Positions 15,001-27,948 of a stretch of 64,000 bases of DNA are shown in pieces (within the stretch, counting starts at the first letter, position 1; each line of letters begins with the position of its first letter). Below the pieces are notes generated by a model. It had not been told where the DNA came from, ran no database searches, and saw nothing but the letters and a program-made list of their open reading frames with translations. The position numbers and the translations under genes were made by a program. The stretch is from positions 13,112,304-13,176,303 of the forward strand of contig CM082578.2 in NCBI GenBank assembly GCA_040954595.2, given 5' to 3'. The stretch is from Balanoglossus misakiensis. Taxonomy: Eukaryota > Animalia > Hemichordata.

Positions 15001-15995
15001 TCCAAAAGATGAACACCCAGTTATCTTTTGTAGCGCCCTCATAATTGAAAAAGCAGAGTTATTTTGTTTATTTTTAATTATTCGTTTGTAGTAAGGGAAT
15101 GGGTGTAAAACGAATGAGATCGTTAGGGGAGAGGAGAAAGATGGCTAAAAATGTTTAGATAACATATTCGCATAAAAATTAAAAAAATGTAGCAATAGTC
15201 ACACCAAAGGAAAGTGGAAACCGAATTGGCCGAGTGTAGCACTTTTCTTGGACGACGAGTCAACATTGCCGTCATATTTGGCTGAGTCATAAAAAAGATC
15301 TCTATCCTAAAATTTATTTCAGGTATTTCCAGATGTGTGTTAAATGAACTTGCGTTGTGCATTGGCCGGCGCCCGCCACCAGCGCAGCACAACTAATCCT
15401 CTTTAGACAAACACGATGCCTGACACGGCATCCGGGCATTTCAGTGTCAAATCTCGGCGGACCTCGATACCACAACGTCCTTGCTCTTTGCTGAAGTTAA
15501 AAGTGTTGCGTTCTGACACTAACAGGAGAAGAGATATCGATTAATCGAAAACATGCGTCACTGATTTGCATATGTCTCAGTCTTTGCTGCCAGAAGAGCA
15601 ATCGGGACGAGTAAAATACGCAAATAACACCGATAAGGACATTTCAGAATCGGACCTTGAGAATTGGACCCAGATGTCATTAATAAAATAAAGTGTACTT
15701 CAACTAGAAATACTTTGACTTAATTTTTTTCTTGCCGTAGAACATCTACCTAGCTAATGCATTATTAATTGGATTTTCAAATAACCATTTGTATGTAAAC
15801 ATAGCTCCTTTTATTGCGTGCGCCAATCTTATTGTTCCTTCGGTCCAAAAGTGTAGAAGCTCGCAGCAGGTGTGACCCTTCCCACGTACGGCCGTACAGA
15901 CAAACAGTGACCATCCGTCAAGCACCGGTGTGCTTCTTAACCATTTGCGGGAGCGTTATTAATCACTTGTATGTTTCTACAATGTGAAAAAGACG

Positions 15996-18900
15996 ATGGA
16001 TAGATCGAAAAATCGGGACTTAGGGACATCGAGACTAGTCTTAGGATTTCTGATTGCAGTTTGTTTCAGTCAGAGTGGTGAGTAATACGTATGCAAAAGT
16101 AACAGTTATATGCACGTTTTTGGGCATTGTCTGTCGGCCATTTTTTATGTAACCAGTGTTCTGACGACTTGACTTAATTTCTCTGTTCGATATCAATTAC
16201 CGAAATCTAGTCATTTAAAGATTCAATTTTTGATGGCGGTCTTCGACTTGAGTCAAATGAACTCGAAAACTTAACCAAAATCCTAAAATTGGAAACGGAA
16301 ATTAGAAAAAGAGTGTATGCAAATTACTTGACAATATGTATTGATGGAAAAAAACAAGGCAATCATCATGATGTCGAAAGCTAAAAAAAACGCAGATTTC
16401 GCTGAAAATGACGATATGAAAGATTGTCAAATTCAAATTATTTATTTCTTACAATCGTCTTCTAGCTATATGTTTAATGTCATTTGAGAACAAAATCAAA
16501 CTGGGGTTTTGATTTGCCAAAGTTACTGCAGTCGTTACGTCCGCACACAACGCACTTGCGAATTGATAAATAATTAATAACTCGAGATTTTGTACCGCGA
16601 TTTTCTAGATGGCGAGCATTATTTTGCTGTTATGCTGCTGTATACAATTACATGACGCCCCCTGTATTATAGTTTGGTGATATTTTGTATTTTTGTCGGT
16701 TTCCTATACTGATTCATATTTTAGTTAATCTCATAAATTGTTTAACCTTATGAAATTTGTTGTGTATCAAGATACAGAAATCTGGAAAGAACCGTCTTTT
16801 ATGTTATTTTTGTCCGAGGATTTCAGCCATGAAATCACGATTTCGAACACTCGGCTTATTTCAATAATGTTACGGCTGGGGGAAAACAATGATCTAATTT
16901 TCAATCTATCATCTTAAATGTCGACGTGATCAAACTCATGGCGCGAAACTTTTATGTTTTAATCACATTTCTCTTGCAGTCGTACAGAGCTTAGAACCAC
17001 ATTTGTGCAAGAAAACAGTCCCTGATAAGTGTGAAGGCTGGCAGTGTGAAAGGTTTGTCATTGACGTCAAATCCTTTTCTGTGTGTTTTGTGAAAAAATA
17101 AATATCCCTGGCGAAGAGGGGCGTAATTTAAGTGAAGATGTGGATGCTCGATTTCAATGTACATTGTACATGTATGCAACCACCTGTGTGAAAGTTTTGT
17201 GAAATCTGTTAAACTGGAATGCGCTGCCTGCCAGTGGTCACAGATTTCATATATCTATCAATTAGTGATGACATTGCTATTTTGCGTAACCATCATATGA
17301 CATCAAATCAGTTGTAAAAGTTAACTTGAATATTCATTTGCAGTAATTTACCCATCGCATGCTATCACGGAACATGCAACAACGAAACGGGAGAATGCCA
17401 GTGTTCACATTGTTGGACTGGTATCCAATGTGACCGTTTGGGTGAGTAACATGGCCTTTGGTCACCGGAGAAGATGCTTCATGAACTCATATATGTTTTC
17501 ACATAAAGGCAACTCTAAAATTGATGTCTAGACATCAATATTTTATGTCTCCATAAATTGTTTCGAATTGCGTATAAAAAAAGTCGCGGCCATGTTGATC
17601 TCCGCGTCCATGGTGGTCTCGATGTAAACTAACCGGCAAACCTTAACCACGATGACGTCTGTAGTAACCAAGTGGAAATCTCACATTCACTGTTTGTGAG
17701 CGTTTCGGCTCAACATGTGTGTACACACACTAATGGCGATAATCTAACATTATTGCAATGTCTGAACTCTGCCACCGAATAGAGCCAACAATGTATGTTT
17801 ACCAGTACGTTTTCAATCATGATCACCGTACTTGACATGTTGCGTCTGTATAAAACATGTCACGATGTTTACTACTGTAATAAAATCTGTCTCAAAATAT
17901 TAAACACTTTTAGGCATAAAGCTGTCTGATATATTTATACTTTTAACACATCAAACAATATGGAGGAAAATTGATTTTAAATAGGTCCACGTTAATCCGA
18001 AAGCCTCCATTGTCTTGTTGACAGTCGCTACCATACTTAAACTCTGGTATCGATCCATCCTTCCTTTGCAGAGAACAACAATGTCCCCGTGTTTCTTGAG
18101 AAGGTCGCGGAAGTAGAAGTGGACATCAACTCGGGTGATGACGTAGTCGCTACCGTCCTCGCGAGGGACCTGGACGCACTCAAGTGCCCGGATGACGACG
18201 AGTGCGCCTGTGCACGAGTGAATTATTTCATAGACTCTGGCAACAACCAATCGCTGTTCATGATACACCCGCATTCAGGTGTTATAAGTCTCGCGCCCGG
18301 TAAACTTCTCCGGGAGGGGCTGAAACACGCTCTTATCATAGGAGCACGGAATGCCGTTCCGCATCGTAAGGGACGGTCGATATCATTCGAAGAGACTCCG
18401 GGCGTCTCCAAGACGACGATACTTGTGTCTGCCGTTTCAAATGACGAAACGGCGCATTCAAGGAGAAAGCGATCGGTAAGAGGAAACAAACATTTTAAAT
18501 AGTTACAATATTACTTTAATAAATTTTTATTGTTTTTTTTTTGCCCGTGGGAGTGAAATTTCTTAAAATACTACTTCAGTACCTGGGCCAAAAGGATTCA
18601 TCGAAAGTGTCGTTAAACAAATGTTCAGTTCAGCTGAAATTGATGTAAATAGATTAACCGAATCCTGTAAGAGATGACCCTCGAGCCCTAAAGATGGATC
18701 CAACGGTAGCCTAAACGAGGCGTTTTAAATCAAACGTTTTGAAAAACGGAATGCGATGATAACATGTCTTGTTAATATTTTGATTCCAATATAGTCTGTG
18801 GGACTTCCGGATTCTGCAACGTTCGAGATCGAGAAATATGGCGACTTTGAGACAGACGCGAGTGTCATGGTGGGGACAAAGGTCCCCATGGGTCTTGTAA

Positions 18901-21900
18901 TATGGCTGCCTGCGATAACTACAAACATCACGGCGGAATTACTGACAGACAAAAATGGGACCGCTTTGATGACCCTATGTGACGTCAGAATCACTCATGT
19001 AGGGTCGAACTTCCCCGATTTAGAGGTTGACGACGTCATCATTACGATGGAAGCCGAAGCTGGAGATTATCGGGTAATTGAATTTATTATTTATTTCATC
19101 GTATCTGACTTCCATACATGTACCTTTCAAAAAAGACATTATGATCAATTTTTCGACAAATGACATATCATGCAGGAACATGTTGTTTACCTTAAGGCTA
19201 ACTCTATATGTGAATTAATTTAATCTCCGTTTGTGAATACCCAAAGTATGACCGGGCAGTGATCCAATTTGGCGAGGTGGTGAACCAGGCTACGGACACG
19301 TCAGATGAGGAGACCAGCAAGATCAAGATAGAGTTCTACGCCATCATGCAGCACGTGGAAAACGTGACAGACGGCGACCGGATCTTCGTCTCCGGGGCAG
19401 TGGAATATGACGACGAGGTGTGGGGTGGGCAGATACCCTTCACTTTCGTGCAGGAAGATTGGGTAAGGCGAATAAACAGCCATGCGTCAAAAACTGCAGG
19501 CCGTGTTTGTATTTATTTACAGGCATCATATCAATCCGTGTAGTAATCGGGATGATAATTTATTGGGATCAACACTGAGTCATTCTTTCCGCCACAGGTG
19601 AAACAAGCCGCGGTGTTGACGGCAGGCGGAGCGTCGGAACTGAGTAAACTGTCCGCCGAGATCTTCAACTTCACCATGGAATTGAGCGATCCTGCTAACG
19701 ATGTCCGAGTCGATGTTTTCACGCCTTACAACACGTCCGATGCCTTTTCGGTCTGTCGAGTACGCGTCGCGGACAAAGGTGCGTTTGAATATCGATGTGA
19801 CTGGTTTATTCTTTTCCAATAGGCGATTAGCCCCAAGAAATTGTCCACCGGTAGGATTACATGCACATTTTCAATGCAACTGATATATTTGATACCATTT
19901 GAATTGGATACCATTTATTCAATTCTGCAGGTTCTAGTTTCGGGTGTTTACCGGACGAGCTGCCGCAGGTATCATATGAAAATGCGACCGGTGTAAACAG
20001 TATAGCTTCCATGGATTTCGGTACAATTACCAACGCAGGTAAGTGCGAGCCCCGTTCAAAGACAAGACAAATTTTAAGGGATCTTTAATAGGAAAGAGTC
20101 TGTTGTATTTACTTGATTTCGTATTGCAATCTATTTTCCATTGGAACTATTTTGTTGCAACAAATTGGTTACTGTGAGGTCCACAACAGCCCCAAAATTA
20201 AACATGACCACTGTTTGTCTTTTGTTAGGTTCACGTATCGACACAACAACGTCCGAAGACAACACTATCTCTGGCCAGTTTGTTGTTGTCCTCACGAACA
20301 ACACCGAAGTTGTCGCAGGAGAGAAATACTGGCTCGGTGTGTCGCTCGTTATCGACGATTCGGAGATCTACTCGTCTCAGATAGCCGTGACAGCCAATCA
20401 GATTGCGCCCCCAACGATGGTAAGTTTTTCCAAGAAAGATCGATTAATCGATCGTGCAGGAAGAAAGACAAAGGTATTGAGCGAAAGTAGGAATCAAATA
20501 TAAACACTTTGTAGATTGTAATTTGCTAAACATGTGCATTCACACCAGGCGCCCTTTTTCTGTTGGCTGCGAAGTGCTGAATGTTGTTGTTGTACAAGTA
20601 ATGTTTGCGAACGTTGTCACCACTCAATATCATTCACATGTGTACCTCTCTATCTGTCTGTCTGTTTGTCTGCCATAATCACGGATCAAAATTCTCTTTC
20701 ATGTAGGCTACAAGCCCAGACATTTCCTTCTATGCCATCGACAGCAACGAAGTCGTCATCGGCGGCTCCGTCGGTTTCATCGTCAGCGTCACCCTGCAAG
20801 AGAGCGTGACCACCGCCTTGGTGATTGACATGTCCATGCCGTACAGCGACGGCACCCCTATCCTGTCCATCTGCAGCGCAAAAGTACTCAGCGTTGGTTA
20901 CAATATGCCCTGTGTCGGCGATGCCATCATGGACTATTATCAAGAGGTGGGTGGTGTCCGATACCAAACGATTTGCTTCGACATAAATATATTGGCTATC
21001 AGGCCAGTGCAGAGCCCAATTTTGTCCAGTCTGTGTACAACCACCATATTTGGCGACTTTGGATTTAGATGTAGAAGAAAGATGTTCTAATTACTGATGT
21101 TTAATTTTAAATCTCTCCTTGCTTTACTGTCTCTTCAATTTTGCCAGGATGGTTCAAAAACCGATTATGTCCAGTTCAATTTTGGTCACGTGGCTAACGT
21201 CGGAGAAAGACATCTTGACGGCGACAACACCATTGTCGTTCACGTGACTGCTAAACTGGAGCCAGACCACCCGGCCATCCAGATGAACAGCACTTTCCTT
21301 GTCACCGCCGGTGTGCGTTATGAGATGGCAGACGATGACGTGTTGTGGATTGCGCAGAACCCAATTAATGTGACTGATGACGCGCACGACTATGTGGGAG
21401 ACAAGGTAGTGTTCGCGTTGATTTTCCCCGTGTTTTGTTTTGTTTACGTAGAGCAATTCTCGGATGTTGAGAAAAAGTGTTCTGAACGACAAGGGTAGGG
21501 TGAACTCACATTTGACCGGGTCGCATTCATTCATTCATTTCTTTCTTTAAAAAATATTGTAGGTACCAACCTTCCAAATAATCAACCGGGCTGACGACAT
21601 CTACATCTACAACCGCTCGGCGGCGTCTTTCGAGTTCGAGATGTTCATCCCCGCCGCGACGACGTTCGAGCCGTTGACGGTTTACATCTCGATGCCGGTG
21701 GTGGAGCACAGGTCCCTGATGAGCGTGTGCCGGGTGGAGCTGGTCCACTTCGGTCAGAACTTCGCGTGCTACGACACGGGCGACATCAACATCCGGTACT
21801 TCTCCACCCAGAACGACGACCTCAACGACCAGGTCAGGATCCAGTTCGGCATCGTCAGCAACCCCGAGTTGGAAGACACGGAGGAGAACAGAGAAGGGAG

Positions 21901-24900
21901 CAAGATACGCTTTGAGATTCACGTCAACTTGGAGGAACACGTGAAGTTGGTTGATGGTATGGAAATTTGGAGCAGCATCGACGTCACCATCAGCGAGACA
22001 AGTTCGTGGACGGGACAGATACTCTTGGTGGCAAACTTTACCAGACCAGACCTGTACCTGGTAAGCAAATATATTTTCTGTTGTTAAATATCGGGATGAA
22101 ACCAATCAACGCTTTTAAAACGCAATTTGATAGATTCCTCCCCACTTGTTAATTACGTTGTGTCATCTACTCATTGTTACCAGGGGGAAACCGAGCCCGA
22201 GTACGACTTTTACCGAGAGTCACGCCGAGGCAGAAAACTGAAAGCCGGCGGCACCGCCATCTACTACGTCTCCATGATGACGTCAGAGCAGACCGTGACG
22301 GGCTATTCCCTCAACGTGACGGCACCGAACGAGACCCTTTCCGTCTGTCGAGTTCATCTGGTCGAAGCCGGCCGAAACATACCTTGCTTGGACCTGGAGA
22401 GGGAGGCTTCCTACTTGTCCTATGATGAAGACAGTCACTTCGACGCCGCTGTCCTTGACCTGGGGCCACTACGGAACACAGGTATGTGGATTTTGAAGTA
22501 CAATTTCTTCTCTCTCAGCAGTTAGGCCACTTTCGATGGTCTGTGTCCGACTTGTACGTCATTTTGAACGCCATTGGTAAAGATACACGGTCACAGGTCA
22601 CCTATACGCAAACTAAGCCACTATTACCATAAGTTATCTAACCAATCGAGACACGCCGTTTTACCCATATATGGGCACATGTAAATTAGAGATGACTATA
22701 TACCTTTACATGTATTCATAGTTTGAGTAGGTTTCTTTTGATATTCACAACCTTTGCTCTACGTTTTGCCATGCCAAGGTTTACCGCCTACCGCCAACGA
22801 TGACGACAACTTGATGGTCGCCCAGGTGGTAGTCCAGATGAGACCAGCGGCGCTGCCACCTGACAACATAACCCTCCCAGACGACCAATACTTCTCGGTT
22901 GCCATGAAGACCGGGACGCAAGACGTATGGACCGCAGACGATTATTTGGAAGTGAATGTTGAACCACCAGATTTAAATTTCGTGAGTAAATTAAGTTAAC
23001 ACATGCGTTTTATATTGCTGGTGAAATGTACACGTCTCGGGGGTAGAAAAATGATAGTCCTCCAAATATTCCAAATCCAATTTTTAATGTAATTTTTAAG
23101 AGAGAATGCCATTGAATTTTGATCCTAAACCGTTTGCTTGCAGACTGTGCTTCCGGAATTTACCCTGGAAAAGCTGACCTCGGAAACGATGGTAATGATT
23201 CGCGGCGCCGCCGTATTCAATCTGGATATGTACATCCCCTACGCCACCATAGCCGACTACCAGGTGTCGTTCTTCAGTGACGTCACACAGGCGCACAAGA
23301 TGCAGGTCTGTGACGTGCAGATCGTGTCCAGTGGCTGGAACATACCGTGCGTCAACGGCAGTCACGTGAACACGATGTACGAGTCCTCGTACGAGGATGA
23401 GCATTACGACGCCGCCTACACGGATGTTGTCACCCTGAACAATATGAACCTATATGGGACCCTACAAGACGACGTGAACAAGGCAAGTTGCATGGAGACA
23501 GAGCAAAAAATCAACTTTTTGCAAAGCGATGAAAGGGGAGACAACGATAGGGGGGGGGGCATCTGCTAGCAAGTGGAAGTTTGGCGTGAGAAGTTCACTA
23601 ATTTGAAATTTAAAAAAGTTTGAGATATTAAATTTCCTGGAAAGTGAGCGCACGAAAGCAACATAGTGAACGCCCTGTTCGGGGTACTTGTGGGTACTTG
23701 AAAATATCCGAAGTGTATGCTGCTCCTAAGAAGCAGTTTACACATTCCTGGCAACAGACATCGTCCAGAATTACCCCCCTCTCCCTCCTCCGACGGATTG
23801 ACTTACCATTGGTTTACACTATTTGTTTGCATTAGGTCAGAGTTCAGGTGGTAGCTCAGTTGGCGAACAACGAAACCATCGAGGACGGTGATGAATTCTG
23901 GGTAGGTGCGTCTGTCTCTGTCAACGATGGAAACATGTGGCTCCTTCAGACTCCGTTCACTGCCACAGAAGACATCATATCCGACGAGGTAAGGAACATT
24001 TACCCGACCATGGTACTCGGAAGCATGTAGCTTTGAGAGAAACTGAAAACGACCAGAAACCATTTTACCGTGATTTCAAATCAGGGGAAAGACGTACCCT
24101 CGCCACAAAGTCATGCAGCGAATTTCAGCACTTTGATTTCCATTGACGATAAAATGATGTCCTGATTTTTTCCCTCACAGGTCCAAGGAGACCCGATCTT
24201 TGACCTGATCCCGCCCTACGAAAACGTCACCATGATGATCGGAACCGAGGAGACGTTCATGATGAATATCACCATACCTCCCATGTCCACCCCGTTTGTG
24301 ATCAACGTCAGTATGCCCTACATCGGCGACGAAGCCCTGCTTAGCATCAGTAAAATGGAACTGGTCTACGTTGGCAAGAATTTTGCCTGCAGTCCCTTCT
24401 GGAAATTGGAACCAGAGTACATTTCGGACACACAGACCAGTCAGAACACGACGGCCATCATCGATTTCGGAATCATTATGAATCATGGTGAGTATTATAA
24501 TTATTAGAGTTCTAATAAGAATTCGTGATGATATTATCAGTTCCGTGCATGTGTCGACATTTTCCGGTAAGAATACGAAAGCTATTCGTTGATCCCTATG
24601 TCGCCCTCTACAGGCACGTCCTACTATTACCAGTACGGCGATTACCAATATGGGGACGACGACTTCCACATAACTCTCACGGTGCAGTTGACGGATCACG
24701 CGGAGAACACCAACCATTCCATCGTGCCATTCAACGTGTCCTTCCACTACAGCCAGGACAGAGTTGTCACTTTGAACGAGTCCGTCGAAGTTCTGGTGTT
24801 GGGCGACGAAGAACCAGAACTTCTTTTCAACCTGACCGTGGCGGACTACGATCCGGCCGAGGTCAACCAGGGGTAAGATTTGTTTTAGCAAGAATCCCTG

Positions 24901-27900
24901 CAAACAATTCAATACGTCAATTGCCACTATACAAGGTTATCTTTATGAAATGGCACCTTGAATGCTTGTAACTAACATAAGTTAGCGTTCGCTCCGTAGG
25001 GATGTATTGGATATCTACGGGATGATTCAACACTCGAACACGTCATCTTCACATGCGCACAGCGTCAGGATAAACTTTATGATCCCGGATTACCTGGAGT
25101 TCTCTGAAGTTATGGAATTCGAAGGGCCAGAACCGTGTATAACTACGGGAGTTTATGGACTACAATTCCACGTAAGATATCCATTTGGAGTTTACCTCGT
25201 GGCTTCCATTAATACAAGTTATCAATGATAACACTCGTAATAAATATGCCACGATCCTGGACACTAATAACCCTAATTACTTCATTCATCTTTCAGTTTG
25301 ACGAGCTGTTTTTCACCGATTACTACTGGTTCCATTTCAACCTGACTATGGATCCTCTGCGCACTATAGAAATTGGGTCCAACTTCGTGAACACCACTGT
25401 GCCTATCGATGCCATTTACTACATCCGACAGGGCGTCGACAGCGATGGTAACGTGGAGCTGGGAGACCTTTACCAGACGCCTACTGAGGTGGTGGACATC
25501 GTGTTCAACGTCGCCGGTGGGTGTCCATAGAATTTCCAGGCCTTTTTCTCCATAACTCTCATCATAATGTCGTTGCAATGCCAATAAACGTATGCGTAAA
25601 AAGGGTAGTCCTTTTCGAATATAGTTTACATCATTATAACGTCACAACTTGCATGGGCCTTGCATGGCGGACGTCATGCGCTGTTTCTAAGTTTTCGCTG
25701 TAATTTGTCATATTCCCTCTGTTAAAAGTTGAAACTCCACTGATAATACCATTGTCTCCACAACTGTTGCAGAATGTTATGACGTCATTGGCATGGGAAC
25801 ACTGGATCCTTGTCAGTTCACGGCGAGTTCGTATTCGGACGATCACACACCATCAGAAGCCGTGCTTTACACCGGGACCGGTTGGGGATCCGCCGTGCGT
25901 GATATGGCCCCTTACAAAGGCAACGACTACATTCAGGTAAGCATCCATGTTATGATTTCAAAATACACAAAGTCCATGCTTAACTACATTCTACAAGTTT
26001 CATTTAAACGTGATGTATTTATTTATTTACAGGTTTTGTTCGATGATATCTATCGCGTCTCTGGGATCACAATACAGTGGGGAGACGCAGAGGCTTTGTA
26101 CGTCACTAAGCACCGCATGGAATACAGCAATGAAGGGTTAATCTGGCACGACTACCAAGAAGATGGCACAGATGTGGTAAGAAGCGCGCTGTCATTTAAC
26201 TTTTTGATAATGGCGTCTTTTCGTTGCAAATACCTGCTGTTTAAATTAGTCACAAAATGCATGTACGAAACTGTAGATATGTCCTCAATATGTTTTCAGT
26301 ACGCTGTATATCGACCAGACCTGTATGCATTGTATGAAAATAACGCCAGTTTACATTTTCATCTTCACAGGAATTTGTGAACGCCTACAACGAAAGCTAT
26401 TTGGATCCATGGGTGTTACATATACTAAGTGAGCCCTTTGAAGCGCAATATGTTAGAATTATACCGACAGAATACGAGCCAGTGATAAACAACACCAAAC
26501 ATTATCCTGTGATGCGCTTCGAGTTGTTGGGTTGTATAAAAACACGCATTAGTTCAGAAACCGGTAAGTTGTGTGAGGTCAACTCAGAATAATGTACGAC
26601 TGTTGCGGTAGATGTAATATCACGTACATGACTGGAGACTTTATGCGAAATTTGAATGAAAAAGTTAAATGCAATACACAATTTGTTGTTCGTGCCGCTT
26701 GTGTATCTTTTAACATAAATATGATTCAATTTCTTTTCAGATCTATGCCAGACAACTAGTTTCCCAGGTAGGCATCCCTTTTATGTCATCGGATATAATT
26801 CAAATTCATGGTTACCGGTTTTATTTAAAATAACAACAAGTAGCCATGATATGCATGGAAATAAAGAGGCAGGTTACGTAACTATCAGCTTAGAAGTAAA
26901 TATGCACATGTAAAACATCATCGCACAGGTGCTAATTAACACATTCCGTTATTCTAATTTGTTCCATAGATTGGGGTCATTACGAAAGAGGTTTTATCGT
27001 GGACCCTGTGGATGGAAGCGTGTTTGTCTGCATTTTGGAATACATCGAGTAAGTGTAACAGTTGCGGAATTACTTTGTACAGCAGACTGGTAAATGTGTC
27101 CACCGGGGGTTGTGTGCGTGTGTGGGGGGATTTTGATTTTTCTCCTTGTGTGAGTGAATGGGAAGTATATTTTAACTGATTGGCTCATCACCCCTTTCTA
27201 TCATTTCAGTGGACCAATGCGGTGCTCGTTTTCACGTGACAAAGGCGAATCATGGCACGGTTAGTAAACATTACATTTCTGTGGATGAATTCAACACGTA
27301 CACGTATTCATAGATACATACATACATTTGCGTCAACGATTTTCAAATCCAACAATTATCAGCTATCAAATGATTTCATGTCAACAATTTTAAGTGTTAG
27401 TTTGCGTTTTACACAGACATGGATACAAATGTTGGCAACATACTGGCACTGATACCGGATACAAGGGAGATATACGGGATTGCGCAGAGCAAAATAGCTG
27501 TGATGCGCAGTGACGATCTGGGCGAAACCTGGTACTCCATCCCCGTCGACAATTACCTCGACTACGTGGACAATCCGCCGAGCAACATGGTGAGAGTAGA
27601 AGAGGTGCCGTTCGCCTACATTGCCGATTACCCCGAGCCTACATTCAACGACTCGTCGACGGTGGACGAATTCTACCAGTGGGGAGGTAAGTCGCTTCTG
27701 TGTGAAGGAAAGCCCAGCTCTTGCATTCCGGCATACGGTGGCATGATACATCAATTTGAAGGACACAGATTCTTGAAATATCACAAATGAAACTTAAATT
27801 TTCTTTCATGCTTTCAGCTGCTAAAGATGGCATATACAAACGCGAGCTAGTAGTTGAGACGACGACAGGCCTTGACAATTCCACTTTTTCAACGAGCAGC

Positions 27901-27948
27901 TGGAGTCAGTGGACCCTCACGGGAGAGTGGACGTACCCAGTTTCTTGA
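15996..27948 (+). CDS. Gene A: large secreted multidomain protein (signal peptide, EGF-like, cadherin, furin site, 7 beta-rich repeats, DUF11-like, FA58C/discoidin, Asp-box C-terminal region), ~1878 aa, 28 exons
   Basis: Phase-consistent exons: 15996-16077,16980-17052,17344-17441,18072-18475,18795-19073,19247-19462,19598-19778,19931-20038,20229-20419,20707-20946,21148-21405,21563-22060,22184-22481,22779-22981,23144-23482(GC donor),23836-23988,24181-24487,24614-24872,25000-25171,25297-25516,25773-25936,26033-26176,26371-26563,26741-26767,26970-27048,27210-27259,27417-27686,27818-27948 (sum 5637 nt). N-term MDRSKNRDLGTSRLVLGFLIAVCFSQSVVQS; EGF CYHGTCNNETGECQCSHCWTGIQC; cadherin ENNNVPVF..ARDLD..SGVISL; RRKR; discoidin C..IGM..QFTASS..YIQV..AQYVRIIP..MRFELLGC; Asp boxes SRDKGESW, SDDLGETW; TGA 27946-27948; colinear with gene C. 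Confidence 0.9.
18072..18475 (+). other. Gene A cadherin-domain exon ending in furin site RRKR-S
   Basis: ENNNVPVF (DxNDNxPxF-like), ARDLD (AxDxD), YFIDSGNNQSLFMIHPHSGVISL, followed by HSRRKRS at the exon end. Confidence 0.88.
25773..26563 (+). other. Gene A coagulation factor 5/8 type C (discoidin) domain, 3 exons
   Basis: CYDVIGM..CQFTASS..GW..DYIQVLF..VSGITIQ..YSNEGLIWHDY..PFEAQYVRIIP..MRFELLGC. Confidence 0.9.

Noticed and set aside
21527-24927. Long minus-strand ORFs (21527-22105, 24175-24927)
   Set aside because: Antisense shadows of GC3-rich gene A exons; no domain signal.
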